Position numbers and translations under genes: made by a program. From a virus: 64,000 nucleotides of DNA. Positions 55,098-63,619 of the stretch are shown here, piece after piece. The DNA lies in IMG/VR virus record IMGVR_UViG_3300044691_000229, positions 3,659 to 67,658 of that record. The stretch is one strand, 5' to 3'. The notes under the pieces are model-generated. The model was given only the letters and a program-made list of their open reading frames with translations. It had not been told where the DNA came from and ran no database searches. Numbering within the stretch: position 1 is the stretch's first letter; each line of letters begins with the position of its first letter.

Positions 55098-57086
55098 TCA
55101 AAAAGGTCCCGGAAGTGCCGCATACATTGAGTTGAACAGGGCGGCGAAGGTCGCGTCCGTCGCGCTCTTTTTCAGGTATGAGATATTGCCCGGCGTGCCG
55201 GGAACGTAGGTATTCAAGCCGGTGCTTGAATTGACCGTCATCGCGCTCTTCAGGCCGGCCAATTGCAGACCAGAAGACGGCCCGCGCGCCGCATAAAGTA
55301 CACCGAGTTGACCCCAGCATGGACGCGGCGATGTGCCGCCGTTCGTAACCCAATCGTGGAAAGCCTGTTGCACGGGATTAGTGGCAGACGCCGTCGTGCT
55401 CGCGGGTGCTGCGGTGATAGTGGTCCCCAACTCGTCACCACATATGATGACTTGCGTCGGCCAGTTTGCGATAACGTCGGCGCTGTTCGCAGCCGGGCCG
55501 TTCGCAAAATTAAAATCTGCCGATCCAGCGTTCGGCATGAACCCGGCAACCCAAACAAGCAGCGCATTTTTTGCGATAATAAGCGCGGCCCCGCTGGGAA
55601 GACCATCGCCACCCGCGTTTGCCGCCGATGTCAATAGCCCGTCGAACGTCGTGGCAAAGCCTGTGCCGACCAAGATTGGGATGCTTCCATCCGGTACAGA
55701 AGCAAGGAGCGCCCTTAGTTTTTGCACGCCGTCCGTGAAGCTGGCGCGTCCGAGATTGGCACCGAACGTAGCCGAAATGTCGGCTGTATAGAAACTGTTA
55801 GATGGACCGCCTGCAGGGACGGCACCCTGCCATGCTCCAACAAACGCCGTGGTTTTCGTCGGCTGCATATACCGGGTGATCGCGTAGCAGGTATCGGCGC
55901 CCCGGTCGTTGATCGAGTCGGAGACGATGCCGAGCAGGTTAAATTCGCCGCGCAGGTCCAGGGCGTTTGCGAGGGCCACGTCCCCGGCATCGTCGATATC
56001 GCTTGCGATGTCGGTCGAAAGAATGACGTTTCGAACACCACTCGGAAGCGACGGCTTCGTGCGGCCCAGCGAGAGACTGGCATGTAGACCCGGACGTTCG
56101 GCGCTGAATATAGTTGCAGGTAGCAGCGACGCGACGGTCGCAATCCCCGTATTGTAGATCGCCAGTTCCTCGATGTTGCCATTGAAGAAGTTTGAAACGC
56201 CGCCGATGCTCCCGATTTGCGGGACGATCGAGTTAATGATCGTGTTGGCGCCAAGCGTGTTCGTGGTGATCGTTACGGTCTCGGGGATGCCGTTGACCCA
56301 CATCTGAACGCCGGCACCTACGCCACTGCCGTCGTAGGAGATGACGACATGCCAGTTGCTACCATTTGTAAGGTCCGTGGAGCCGTGACAGTCGAGAAAC
56401 TTAGCGCCACTTACACTGTTCATCAATGTGAAGCTTAGAAACTCTTTGGCCCCACCAGCAGTGAGGCACTGCACGCCAATGCGGATACCTGGAGTCGTGA
56501 AAACGTTGTTGAACTTGGAGAAGATCGTATCGACGTTGTTATTTGTCGTGCGCGCGAAATTTGGCCGAATGATTGCCTCAACGGTGAACGGCTGTGTGCG
56601 ATCATAGTTGTGAAAGAACGTTTCGCCCGCTGCACCCAGCGATGCCGTGCCCGAGGTTCCGTTGAATAGCGCCGAAGATTGTCCTGCGAGCAGAGCAGTC
56701 GAACCCAGCGTGACGCCGGCCACGATCGTCGCTGGTACGCCAGACGGAGATGCATCGGCCAATGTCGGCGACGCAACCGCATCGGTGCCGCGCCAGTACC
56801 CAACCAGGGAGGTGATCGACAAAACGTCCGCCACATAGAGCGGGTTGCCACCTGCAAAGCCAGAAATAAACACATTCTTGTGGCCGCCGGTCAGGCCGGT
56901 CGGGCCAATGTTGTAGACCTTCTCCAGCACACCAGATGGACCGGTCGCACCTGTAGCCTGCAGCCACTGCGCAATATTTCCAGTCGGCCCAGTGTAGCCG
57001 CTCAAAATGTTCACACCCTTGATCGTTCCGGTCGGGCCGGTCGGACCCCCGAGCACAACAACTGTTTTGCGCGGATCAGCGGTCAT
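55098..57086 (-). CDS. Virion-associated protein: short GPT segment + LamG/ConA-like domain + nucleoside-hydrolase-like domain
   Basis: LVGYW, FNGTS, FTVEA, WHVV.SYDG, WVNG, F.GNIEELAIYN; then VILSTDIASDIDDAG. Confidence 0.65.
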   Translation of the reverse strand: MTADPRKTVVVLGGPTGPTGTIKGVNILSGYTGPTGNIAQWLQATGATGPSGVLEKVYNIGPTGLTGGHKNVFISGFAGGNPLYVADVLSITSLVGYWRGTDAVASPTLADASPSGVPATIVAGVTLGSTALLAGQSSALFNGTSGTASLGAAGETFFHNYDRTQPFTVEAIIRPNFARTTNNNVDTIFSKFNNVFTTPGIRIGVQCLTAGGAKEFLSFTLMNSVSGAKFLDCHGSTDLTNGSNWHVVISYDGSGVGAGVQMWVNGIPETVTITTNTLGANTIINSIVPQIGSIGGVSNFFNGNIEELAIYNTGIATVASLLPATIFSAERPGLHASLSLGRTKPSLPSGVRNVILSTDIASDIDDAGDVALANALDLRGEFNLLGIVSDSINDRGADTCYAITRYMQPTKTTAFVGAWQGAVPAGGPSNSFYTADISATFGANLGRASFTDGVQKLRALLASVPDGSIPILVGTGFATTFDGLLTSAANAGGDGLPSGAALIIAKNALLVWVAGFMPNAGSADFNFANGPAANSADVIANWPTQVIICGDELGTTITAAPASTTASATNPVQQAFHDWVTNGGTSPRPCWGQLGVLYAARGPSSGLQLAGLKSAMTVNSSTGLNTYVPGTPGNISYLKKSATDATFAALFNSMYAALPGPF

Positions 57087-59410
57087 CCGACGCCCCCGCT
57101 AACCGGCTTGGCGCCGGGCCCGGGCTGGTTGCCCATGAGATGTGTCTGTGGTCCCATGCTGTTCGAAAGCTGGCTGGGCTTCGCTCCCTGTGCCTGCGCG
57201 GCGCCGTGCGCCACCGATCCGGGAGCCTGCGGCGATGACTGCTGCTGTTCACCGCCAAGGTCCATCCCAGGATTGCTGGTGGTGCTCACCCCGCCTGGCG
57301 TGCCAATGTGGGCTGCAGGGCCCTCTGGCATCTGCTCCTGCATGGCGAGCTTGCCCGCCGTCAATTCAGTGACGATACGCTTAACGCCAGCAGCCACGCC
57401 CATGTCGACCGCTTTGTTCACAGCGGCGTCGATAGCTCCCTGACCGTTCTGCTGTTGCTTCTGCTCGGCTTGCGCCATCTTCTCGATCTGGTCTTCCGGC
57501 GGCACGATCTCCTCGCCAGGCATGCCGATCGTTGTCGACACAGAGCGCAGGACGACTGCCCGCCCCTTGATGCCCATGATCTTCATGTCGGTCGGGTTGT
57601 TCGTCGCCGTCAGGAACTCGATCTGGCGCTGGCGCAAGGTCTCGCGTTGAATCGCAACATTCACGCCCTGCACCGTCAGCCGTTCTTCGCCAGTCAAAAG
57701 TCCGCTCTTGTCCGTGAGCAACAGCAGGTCCTGGAGCTGCATCATCGATCCCTCGATCACGTCCCGGTCGATATTCGCCGACACCGTCTGAAGGATTTTG
57801 CTGGCGTTGCCCATCAGCATCGCGAGACCCGACGCCGTCCGACCAGCACCACCACCAGCCTGTCCACCAACATACTTCGGGATCGCCGAAACGTCGTCCG
57901 CAATGCTGACAAACTCCTGGAAGCAGCTGATCATTGTCTGCGCGTTCGACGCCGGCATGAAGAAGCTGATCGGCTGCTTCCCGCTCGACGTCATCGGATC
58001 GTTGCGCGTGTGCCATCGTTTCCATGGATACATGTCCTCGCCGTTCTCTTCTGGCGCCAGCATGTCGTCGTTGATGACAACTTGGGGACCAGACGAGATC
58101 GAGATGTTGTTGATCAGCGACCGCAAGGTCGCGTTCGCGGCTTCTTGTAGATCGGCCAGCAGATCAGTCAAGCCGTTCCCTACAGGAGTGCCGGGGACCT
58201 TCTCGAACGACGTGATGAAATAAGGATGGCGCTGCCGCGGGCTCGGTGATAGATGGCACTTGATGACATGTGATCCGATCACCCAAATTTGAACGTGGTA
58301 GTCGCGCAGCTCGTCCTGTACGGGCATCCCGTAATCCTGCAGGAGGCGCCCTTGAACGTTCCCGTTGAACTCCATCATCGATATCATACCCGACCGGTTC
58401 CAGGCTGGGTTCTCGCGCTGCTCCAGGACACTCCGTTCCGCGTCGGTGGTGTCCCAGTTGTCGTAGAGACCGCCACGGCCATACTCATCGAGAACCGCTC
58501 GTATCTCAGGTTGGTTATACCCGGGCAGATCGAGCAGGTCATTGAGCTCGGCACGTGTGACACGCAGCTTTTCGATCACATTGGCATTCTCAATATCCGA
58601 GACGCCGGGAGTGAACCAGATATCGAACGGCGAGACCCGGTTCCATGTTAGCTTTGGGACTTGTTTGACTTGCGGTTGGCCGCCACCGGGGGGCCAAATC
58701 ACAGTCGGGATCACCTTGACCACTGGTCCCTTGATGCAGGCGAACGGGAAGATCGGCAGGTCGACAAGGAACTCCGCGAGCGCGTGGTAGTAGCCGCCCT
58801 GTGTCAGCATATCCTGGATTTTGTCTTCGCTCACACGCGCCTGCTGCGCGGCCTTGCGCTTGGCGGCCTCTTCGGCCTGCTCGACCAGGTGGCGCTTGCG
58901 CTCGGCCAGATCACTCGGGTTCGGCGGCTGGCCCAGCTGCTGCGTGACCTGCTGCGCCTCCTGCTGGATCAGCTGGTCGATCTTCTGGAGGATGTCTGGC
59001 GGGATTTGCGGCTCTTTGGGGGGCTGCAAAGACCACGGGACATCCTGGCCCAAATAAATGTCTCGAAGAAGCGATGAAGCAGCACGGCACTTCTGTGCAA
59101 TAAGACGTGCGTAAACCGTAGACCCGCCCCATTTTGTGATCTCGATCAGTTTGGTGGGATCATATTGCCCGTTGAAGGAACGCAGCGCGGCGAGCATGCG
59201 ATTGCTCCAGCCGGCGACGGTGTTGCGGTGGTTCCGGAATATCTCGAACTGCCCTTTCACGTAGCCGGCGAGCTCCGGATACTGGGGTTGTGACGATTGC
59301 TGAGCCGCTTGCGCCGCCTGGGCTTTCTGTGCCGCGGCGGCAGAAAGCTGCTGTTCCAGCTGCTCGGGCGGAGTAAACTGGATCACGCCGTTCTGGCCAA
59401 GGTCCGACAT
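57083..59410 (-). CDS. Portal protein
   Basis: 775 aa after the terminase; KCR.A, RVSPFD, G.GL.DL..D.Q, SGPQV, RTASGL.MLM. Confidence 0.85.
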   Translation of the reverse strand: MSDLGQNGVIQFTPPEQLEQQLSAAAAQKAQAAQAAQQSSQPQYPELAGYVKGQFEIFRNHRNTVAGWSNRMLAALRSFNGQYDPTKLIEITKWGGSTVYARLIAQKCRAASSLLRDIYLGQDVPWSLQPPKEPQIPPDILQKIDQLIQQEAQQVTQQLGQPPNPSDLAERKRHLVEQAEEAAKRKAAQQARVSEDKIQDMLTQGGYYHALAEFLVDLPIFPFACIKGPVVKVIPTVIWPPGGGQPQVKQVPKLTWNRVSPFDIWFTPGVSDIENANVIEKLRVTRAELNDLLDLPGYNQPEIRAVLDEYGRGGLYDNWDTTDAERSVLEQRENPAWNRSGMISMMEFNGNVQGRLLQDYGMPVQDELRDYHVQIWVIGSHVIKCHLSPSPRQRHPYFITSFEKVPGTPVGNGLTDLLADLQEAANATLRSLINNISISSGPQVVINDDMLAPEENGEDMYPWKRWHTRNDPMTSSGKQPISFFMPASNAQTMISCFQEFVSIADDVSAIPKYVGGQAGGGAGRTASGLAMLMGNASKILQTVSANIDRDVIEGSMMQLQDLLLLTDKSGLLTGEERLTVQGVNVAIQRETLRQRQIEFLTATNNPTDMKIMGIKGRAVVLRSVSTTIGMPGEEIVPPEDQIEKMAQAEQKQQQNGQGAIDAAVNKAVDMGVAAGVKRIVTELTAGKLAMQEQMPEGPAAHIGTPGGVSTTSNPGMDLGGEQQQSSPQAPGSVAHGAAQAQGAKPSQLSNSMGPQTHLMGNQPGPGAKPVSGGVG

Positions 59411-59459
59411 GGTTATACTGTTCTCGCGAGTTGAGTATAACGCCGTCGCATGGCGGGGG

Positions 59460-59474
59460 CTAAAAACTCCTTAA
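59460..59474. promoter_or_regulatory. Near-consensus CtrA box between the divergent portal and holin-like genes
   Basis: CTAA AAACTCC TTAA (1 mismatch), ~50 bp upstream of the portal start. Confidence 0.45.
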
Positions 59475-59534
59475 TGGTTCTGAAGTGTTAACCGCGAGGT
59501 GCCACCAGTAGGGGTGCAGAGGAGCACTCCCTAC

Positions 59535-59798
59535 ATGGACCAGCATCAGTCTATCGCCTCATGGGTGAGCAATATCGTTACAGGCGGGGTTGTCACAGCA
59601 ACCTTGTTCGGGCTGGCGCCGTCGTTCGCTGCCGTGATCGCCTTCATCTGGTACGGCATTCAGATTTACGAGAGCGCAACGGTACAACGTTGGCTGGCCA
59701 CTCGTCGAACCCGGAAGCTCGCGCGCCTGAAGGCCCGGGTGATAATGCTGGAGGCTCAGTCGAAGGCGTCGCTCCCTGGACCGGGGGGCGGTCTTTAG
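59535..59798 (+). CDS. Holin-like small membrane protein
   Basis: RBS GAGGAG; hydrophobic segments and a basic C-terminus. Confidence 0.6.
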   Translation: MDQHQSIASWVSNIVTGGVVTATLFGLAPSFAAVIAFIWYGIQIYESATVQRWLATRRTRKLARLKARVIMLEAQSKASLPGPGGGL

Positions 59799-59899
59799 CT
59801 TTATCCAAGACACACTTGTTCCCCCAGCACTGTGTTTGATTGCACAAGCCGCTAGGCGAGTTTGCACACCCCCATGTGGTCCCTGATGCAGCCACGGAC

Positions 59900-61360
59900 T
59901 TAAGTCCATCCCGCTGACGAGACTGCCACGCGCTTCTTAGTGCGCGGGCGTAGCCGGCGGCTAATTTCAGGGACAATGCCACCGTGCACGACAAGAGCAA
60001 GATATTGAAGATCGTCAGCCACATGCGAGAAACCCTCCTTGTCTTGCTTGTCGGGAACAACCCGCAGCGCGCCGGTCTTCATCTTCGTAAATCGGTAGCC
60101 GCCGCTCATGGCGCGGCAGAGAAACGGACATCCAGCGCGCGAGATCATTAGGGTCGGGCCGCTGTTGGTCTGGCGTCCCAGGAGGGCCTCCACTGCGCGG
60201 ATGCGTGGCTCGATGTCGTTGGTCGGGGCCGGGAAGTGCGGCAGGCCCAGGCGCCCCAGCGCGTCAAAGCAGCTCTCCTCGCTGACAGAACCTTTCGCGA
60301 TGCCACTGGGATCGCCGACGACGCACACTCTGAAGCCCATGTATTTGTCCGAGAACAGGATCGGCTTCAGGCTCTGGTTGACGTGCTTCTCCAGGCCTAC
60401 GTTGGTCGCCGGCACTTCCTGATGCACAACAAGTCGTCCGAGGTGGTCCATCTGCGCGATGAGGCTCCACGGGTTTCGTCCGAAGTCTTGGCCAATGAGA
60501 ACGGGGTATCCGGGAATGAGTAGGGTATCGGCGACAATGTGAAAGTCGGATCGAAACGTATTTTTAAATACAGCTGCGCCAGAAGGATCGTCACCGTACT
60601 GGGCTTTGACGTATCGATTAACGAACTCACTGTCTTCTCCATGCTGCTCGACCATGCGTTCATAGTAGCGCCGCCCCTGAGCTAGGCGCACCGGATGATC
60701 AACTGGTAATTTGATCGTGTCCTCTGTTTGAGGACCCAGGAAGTTTAGATTTTCCGCGAGGGGCGACAAGCCCGACGGCTGCTTGAAGATGGACACCCCG
60801 AGCGGCGGGTTCTCCATGTACTGCTGCCACGGTGACATCTCCGTCGGGAAGTTGGTGTCGGCGATCCAACCGCACCACGTCGGCACGCCGCGGTCTGCGG
60901 AGGGGTACCGGCCTAGGCGCCCTGAGATAGGGCCAAGCACGTCCAGGTCCATCTCAATGCACTCAGACAGCCACGCGGCGGTCAGCTGTGACGAAAGCAG
61001 GCGGGCCTGGTCCTCGGCGTTTTCCAGGGGAATGAAAATCCACTCTGACTTGACGTCGCCAAACTCCACGTGGAAGACACCTTCCGACACCCGCCACTGG
61101 CAACCCAGCGCGCCCAGCCACTGCTGGCAGTCCTTAAGGACCGTGTCCTTGAGTTGTTTAAGCGTCTGCCGCACGATCGCAAAGCGGGTGTAGCGGAAGC
61201 CGTCCTTGCCCTTGTTCTGGGCGATCGCGCGCCGCAGCAGCTCAATAATGCAGGCGACGGTTTTCCCCGATCCGACGGGGCCCGCAATGAGCCGGCCGTA
61301 GGTCTCGCTCTTCATGAAGGAAGCGCAGGTCGGGGGTGCTTTGAAATCAAGCGACGCCAT
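59900..61360 (-). CDS. terL: Terminase large subunit
   Basis: GPVGSGKT Walker A, VRQT, WLSE Walker B, DTN, GQDFG, DPSG, SHVADDLQY nuclease motif. Confidence 0.92.
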   Translation of the reverse strand: MASLDFKAPPTCASFMKSETYGRLIAGPVGSGKTVACIIELLRRAIAQNKGKDGFRYTRFAIVRQTLKQLKDTVLKDCQQWLGALGCQWRVSEGVFHVEFGDVKSEWIFIPLENAEDQARLLSSQLTAAWLSECIEMDLDVLGPISGRLGRYPSADRGVPTWCGWIADTNFPTEMSPWQQYMENPPLGVSIFKQPSGLSPLAENLNFLGPQTEDTIKLPVDHPVRLAQGRRYYERMVEQHGEDSEFVNRYVKAQYGDDPSGAAVFKNTFRSDFHIVADTLLIPGYPVLIGQDFGRNPWSLIAQMDHLGRLVVHQEVPATNVGLEKHVNQSLKPILFSDKYMGFRVCVVGDPSGIAKGSVSEESCFDALGRLGLPHFPAPTNDIEPRIRAVEALLGRQTNSGPTLMISRAGCPFLCRAMSGGYRFTKMKTGALRVVPDKQDKEGFSHVADDLQYLALVVHGGIVPEISRRLRPRTKKRVAVSSAGWT

Positions 61361-61656
61361 CAGGCGAGGTCCATATGTCTATAATTGCGGGCCGTCTCTC
61401 TACCCTTCGGTGAATTTTGGTATCGCCATTTTGCTTCTACACCGACCGGACTAGACCGATAGCGGCGTTCGCATTCGCGGCCTTTTGGGGTTGTCTTTCT
61501 TCGGCGGATGGCCTCTCTGCCCTCTGGCGTCGTTTTATAGTGTGCCCAGTACCCGGGCCGGTAGGCCGCCATATAATCTCTATGTGTGGTGGTCTTCCGG
61601 TACTCCTTCATATATTCCCGCATGTAGGCGGCTCTCTTCTCTTTCGTCCACGGCAT
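61360..61656 (-). CDS. Small basic protein with 13-aa (x-x-S/T-P-x-G-x-E-x-x-x-R-Y) repeats
   Basis: Four repeats; TGATG coupling at both ends. Confidence 0.6.
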   Translation of the reverse strand: MPWTKEKRAAYMREYMKEYRKTTTHRDYMAAYRPGYWAHYKTTPEGREAIRRRKTTPKGRECERRYRSSPVGVEAKWRYQNSPKGRETARNYRHMDLA

Positions 61657-62777
61657 CAGGCGCTCATCCTCGTGTCGGCGAAGTTCTGCCACGACACCCA
61701 CGGCTTCGCGGTGGTCAGAGGATTGAGCTGTCCTTCGAGATAGACTTGCCAGTGAGCAGTGATGCCGTGCTCGGGGTGGGTAAACCAAAGAGCTTGCGAC
61801 GGGCGAGAGTACGGCGCACGAAGTACGAGATGGGCGAACTCGTCATATCCCTTGAGGGAATTGTTAACAATGAGGCCGGGAAGCGTGATGTATTGGTGCC
61901 AGTGGCCGACGAGCAAAGTATCGAAATCACGGCCAATCTGCGCCTCCGATCGGTGCGTCTTAAGAGTGCCTCGCATGATCGGTCCAAGAGCACCGATGAT
62001 GCCATCTCCGCCCTTAGTGCCAAGACTATCGCCGTGGGTAAGCATGTATCGATGGCCAAAGAGATTGAACGCGCAATCCGCCGTTTCCGGGATCGAGAAC
62101 TGGACATGCTTGCTCCTCCGGAAGTGTCGGGCAACGCCGCAGTAAACGTTCCACTCGTGTGACGTGAACACGCGCTGCTTCATCTGCATCTTCTTGGTGG
62201 AGCGCCCGTGGTTGCCGACGACACACGGCACGTAAATCTTGCCGAAGCTGGAGGCCATCATTTCGAGGCCGCCACTGATCAGGTCTATCAAGTCCTCGAT
62301 CGCTTGCTGCGTCGTGCGATCGTTGGTCTTCATCAGCTCCTCATGAATGTCACCACCCAGCATATCGCCTCCCAGAGCGACGACGCAGCCCGGGTAGCTG
62401 ATCTTTGCACGGCCCATATGGTTGAAAGCCAGATCAACGGTGGTCTCTGCCAGTCGTTTAATCCGGCGCTTGGCGACGGCCTTGTCGTAGGTGTTGATCC
62501 CTGGCATGCGGACGACTTCACCATAGTGCCAGTCGCTCCAGATCGTAGCCGGCACGCCGCGAGCGCCCGCTCGGCCCTCTCGGACAAGCCACTCAGGGGG
62601 GTCGGGGTCATACGCTGCGATCTTGTATATATTTTCTCGAATTGTCCGCGCATCGTCCCCCTCCTCTGTCAGCCGCGTGATCGTCTTCTTCGCGTCGAGG
62701 AGCTCGGCATTCTTCTGGCGGATGATCGCTACCGCGTCGGCCAGCCTCTCAGCGTCTGTTTTTTGCGTGCCAGCCAT
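61656..62777 (-). CDS. Calcineurin-like metallophosphoesterase with N-terminal coiled coil
   Basis: SDWH, GGD...GDIH, GNHGR, THGD, GHWH. Confidence 0.85.
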   Translation of the reverse strand: MAGTQKTDAERLADAVAIIRQKNAELLDAKKTITRLTEEGDDARTIRENIYKIAAYDPDPPEWLVREGRAGARGVPATIWSDWHYGEVVRMPGINTYDKAVAKRRIKRLAETTVDLAFNHMGRAKISYPGCVVALGGDMLGGDIHEELMKTNDRTTQQAIEDLIDLISGGLEMMASSFGKIYVPCVVGNHGRSTKKMQMKQRVFTSHEWNVYCGVARHFRRSKHVQFSIPETADCAFNLFGHRYMLTHGDSLGTKGGDGIIGALGPIMRGTLKTHRSEAQIGRDFDTLLVGHWHQYITLPGLIVNNSLKGYDEFAHLVLRAPYSRPSQALWFTHPEHGITAHWQVYLEGQLNPLTTAKPWVSWQNFADTRMSA

Positions 62778-62990
62778 TAGTCTTTCTCCATACTCTTTCA
62801 ATGCCTGCCGGCGATGTCGCGTGGCGACGGTATCGTTCTTGTCCTAACGGGGAATTATCATACCGCGCGTTCGCGGCACGCCCCTTCGCGGTCATCTGAT
62901 AGCGGCGTCTGGCTTCGTAGCCCTTAGCCGAGTGCCCATATCGCCAGACCCTAGCTGTTCCCTTGCTCGATTGTGCGTAGACCTTCGACG
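62749..62990 (-). other. Second 13-aa-repeat reading frame overlapping the terS 3' end, with no clear start
   Basis: AQSSKGTARVWRY/GHSAKGYEARRRY/QMTAKGRAANARY/DNSPLGQERYRRH/ATSPAGIERVWRK. Confidence 0.45.
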
Positions 62991-63619
62991 AGATGCGGTT
63001 GAGCAGCTGCCGGCGGAGGCGTCGTCGCGCTGACGACGAGCTTCTGGTCTCCGCCAAGGTCAATGTTAATGATGAAGCGTTCGCCAGGAGTGCCTGTCCC
63101 AAGTTCGCGCTCACCAACACCGGCGACTTTCGCAAAGAGCTTAGCAGCCTCCACGACGCCGGTGAGCGGCTCGGATTTGGTCCGCATGCGAGAACCGATA
63201 TCCAGCAGGCTGTCTTCGAGGATGGCTGCAGCCTCAACCTTAATCCGTTCCTGCGTGGTGAGAGGCGCGTGCCACTCGATGCAGGCGGCTTGGAGGGCGG
63301 CTTTGTAGAAGTCGTTGTTCGCTTCGAGGAACTCATACTGGGTCTCGGTGAGTTTGTATTCCTTCAGAACGCCGGGGCGCTCCTTGATGTCCATCGCGAT
63401 CTCGCGCGCGAGACGCGCCAGCTCTGACGGGCTCATGGGGGGTAGCTGGACCAGCGCCTTGGCGGCCTGGACACCCTCTGGGGATAGCTTTGTTACCGTG
63501 GCGGTAACAGGCACAGCTTCGAGCGCCTCGACTAGGTCAGCCTCGCGCATCGGCTCTGGCGCTTCCCACTTCTCGCCGGCCAAGACCGCGTCAAACCCTG
63601 TGTCGACACTCTCGCTCAT
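62951..63619 (-). CDS. terS: Probable terminase small subunit
   Basis: Helical protein upstream of terL with C-terminal F.INIDLG. Confidence 0.65.
   Translation of the reverse strand: MSESVDTGFDAVLAGEKWEAPEPMREADLVEALEAVPVTATVTKLSPEGVQAAKALVQLPPMSPSELARLAREIAMDIKERPGVLKEYKLTETQYEFLEANNDFYKAALQAACIEWHAPLTTQERIKVEAAAILEDSLLDIGSRMRTKSEPLTGVVEAAKLFAKVAGVGERELGTGTPGERFIINIDLGGDQKLVVSATTPPPAAAQPHLVEGLRTIEQGNS
63493..63507. repeat. Dispersed palindrome copy TTACCGTGGCGGTAA (inverted core)
   Basis: Perfect arms; coding (VTATVT). Confidence 0.95.

Noticed and set aside
2000-63507. Dispersed palindrome as a CRISPR array or MITE/REP element
   Set aside because: Copies are 15 bp, kilobases apart, with no spacer structure, no cas operon, no target-site duplications and no shared flanks
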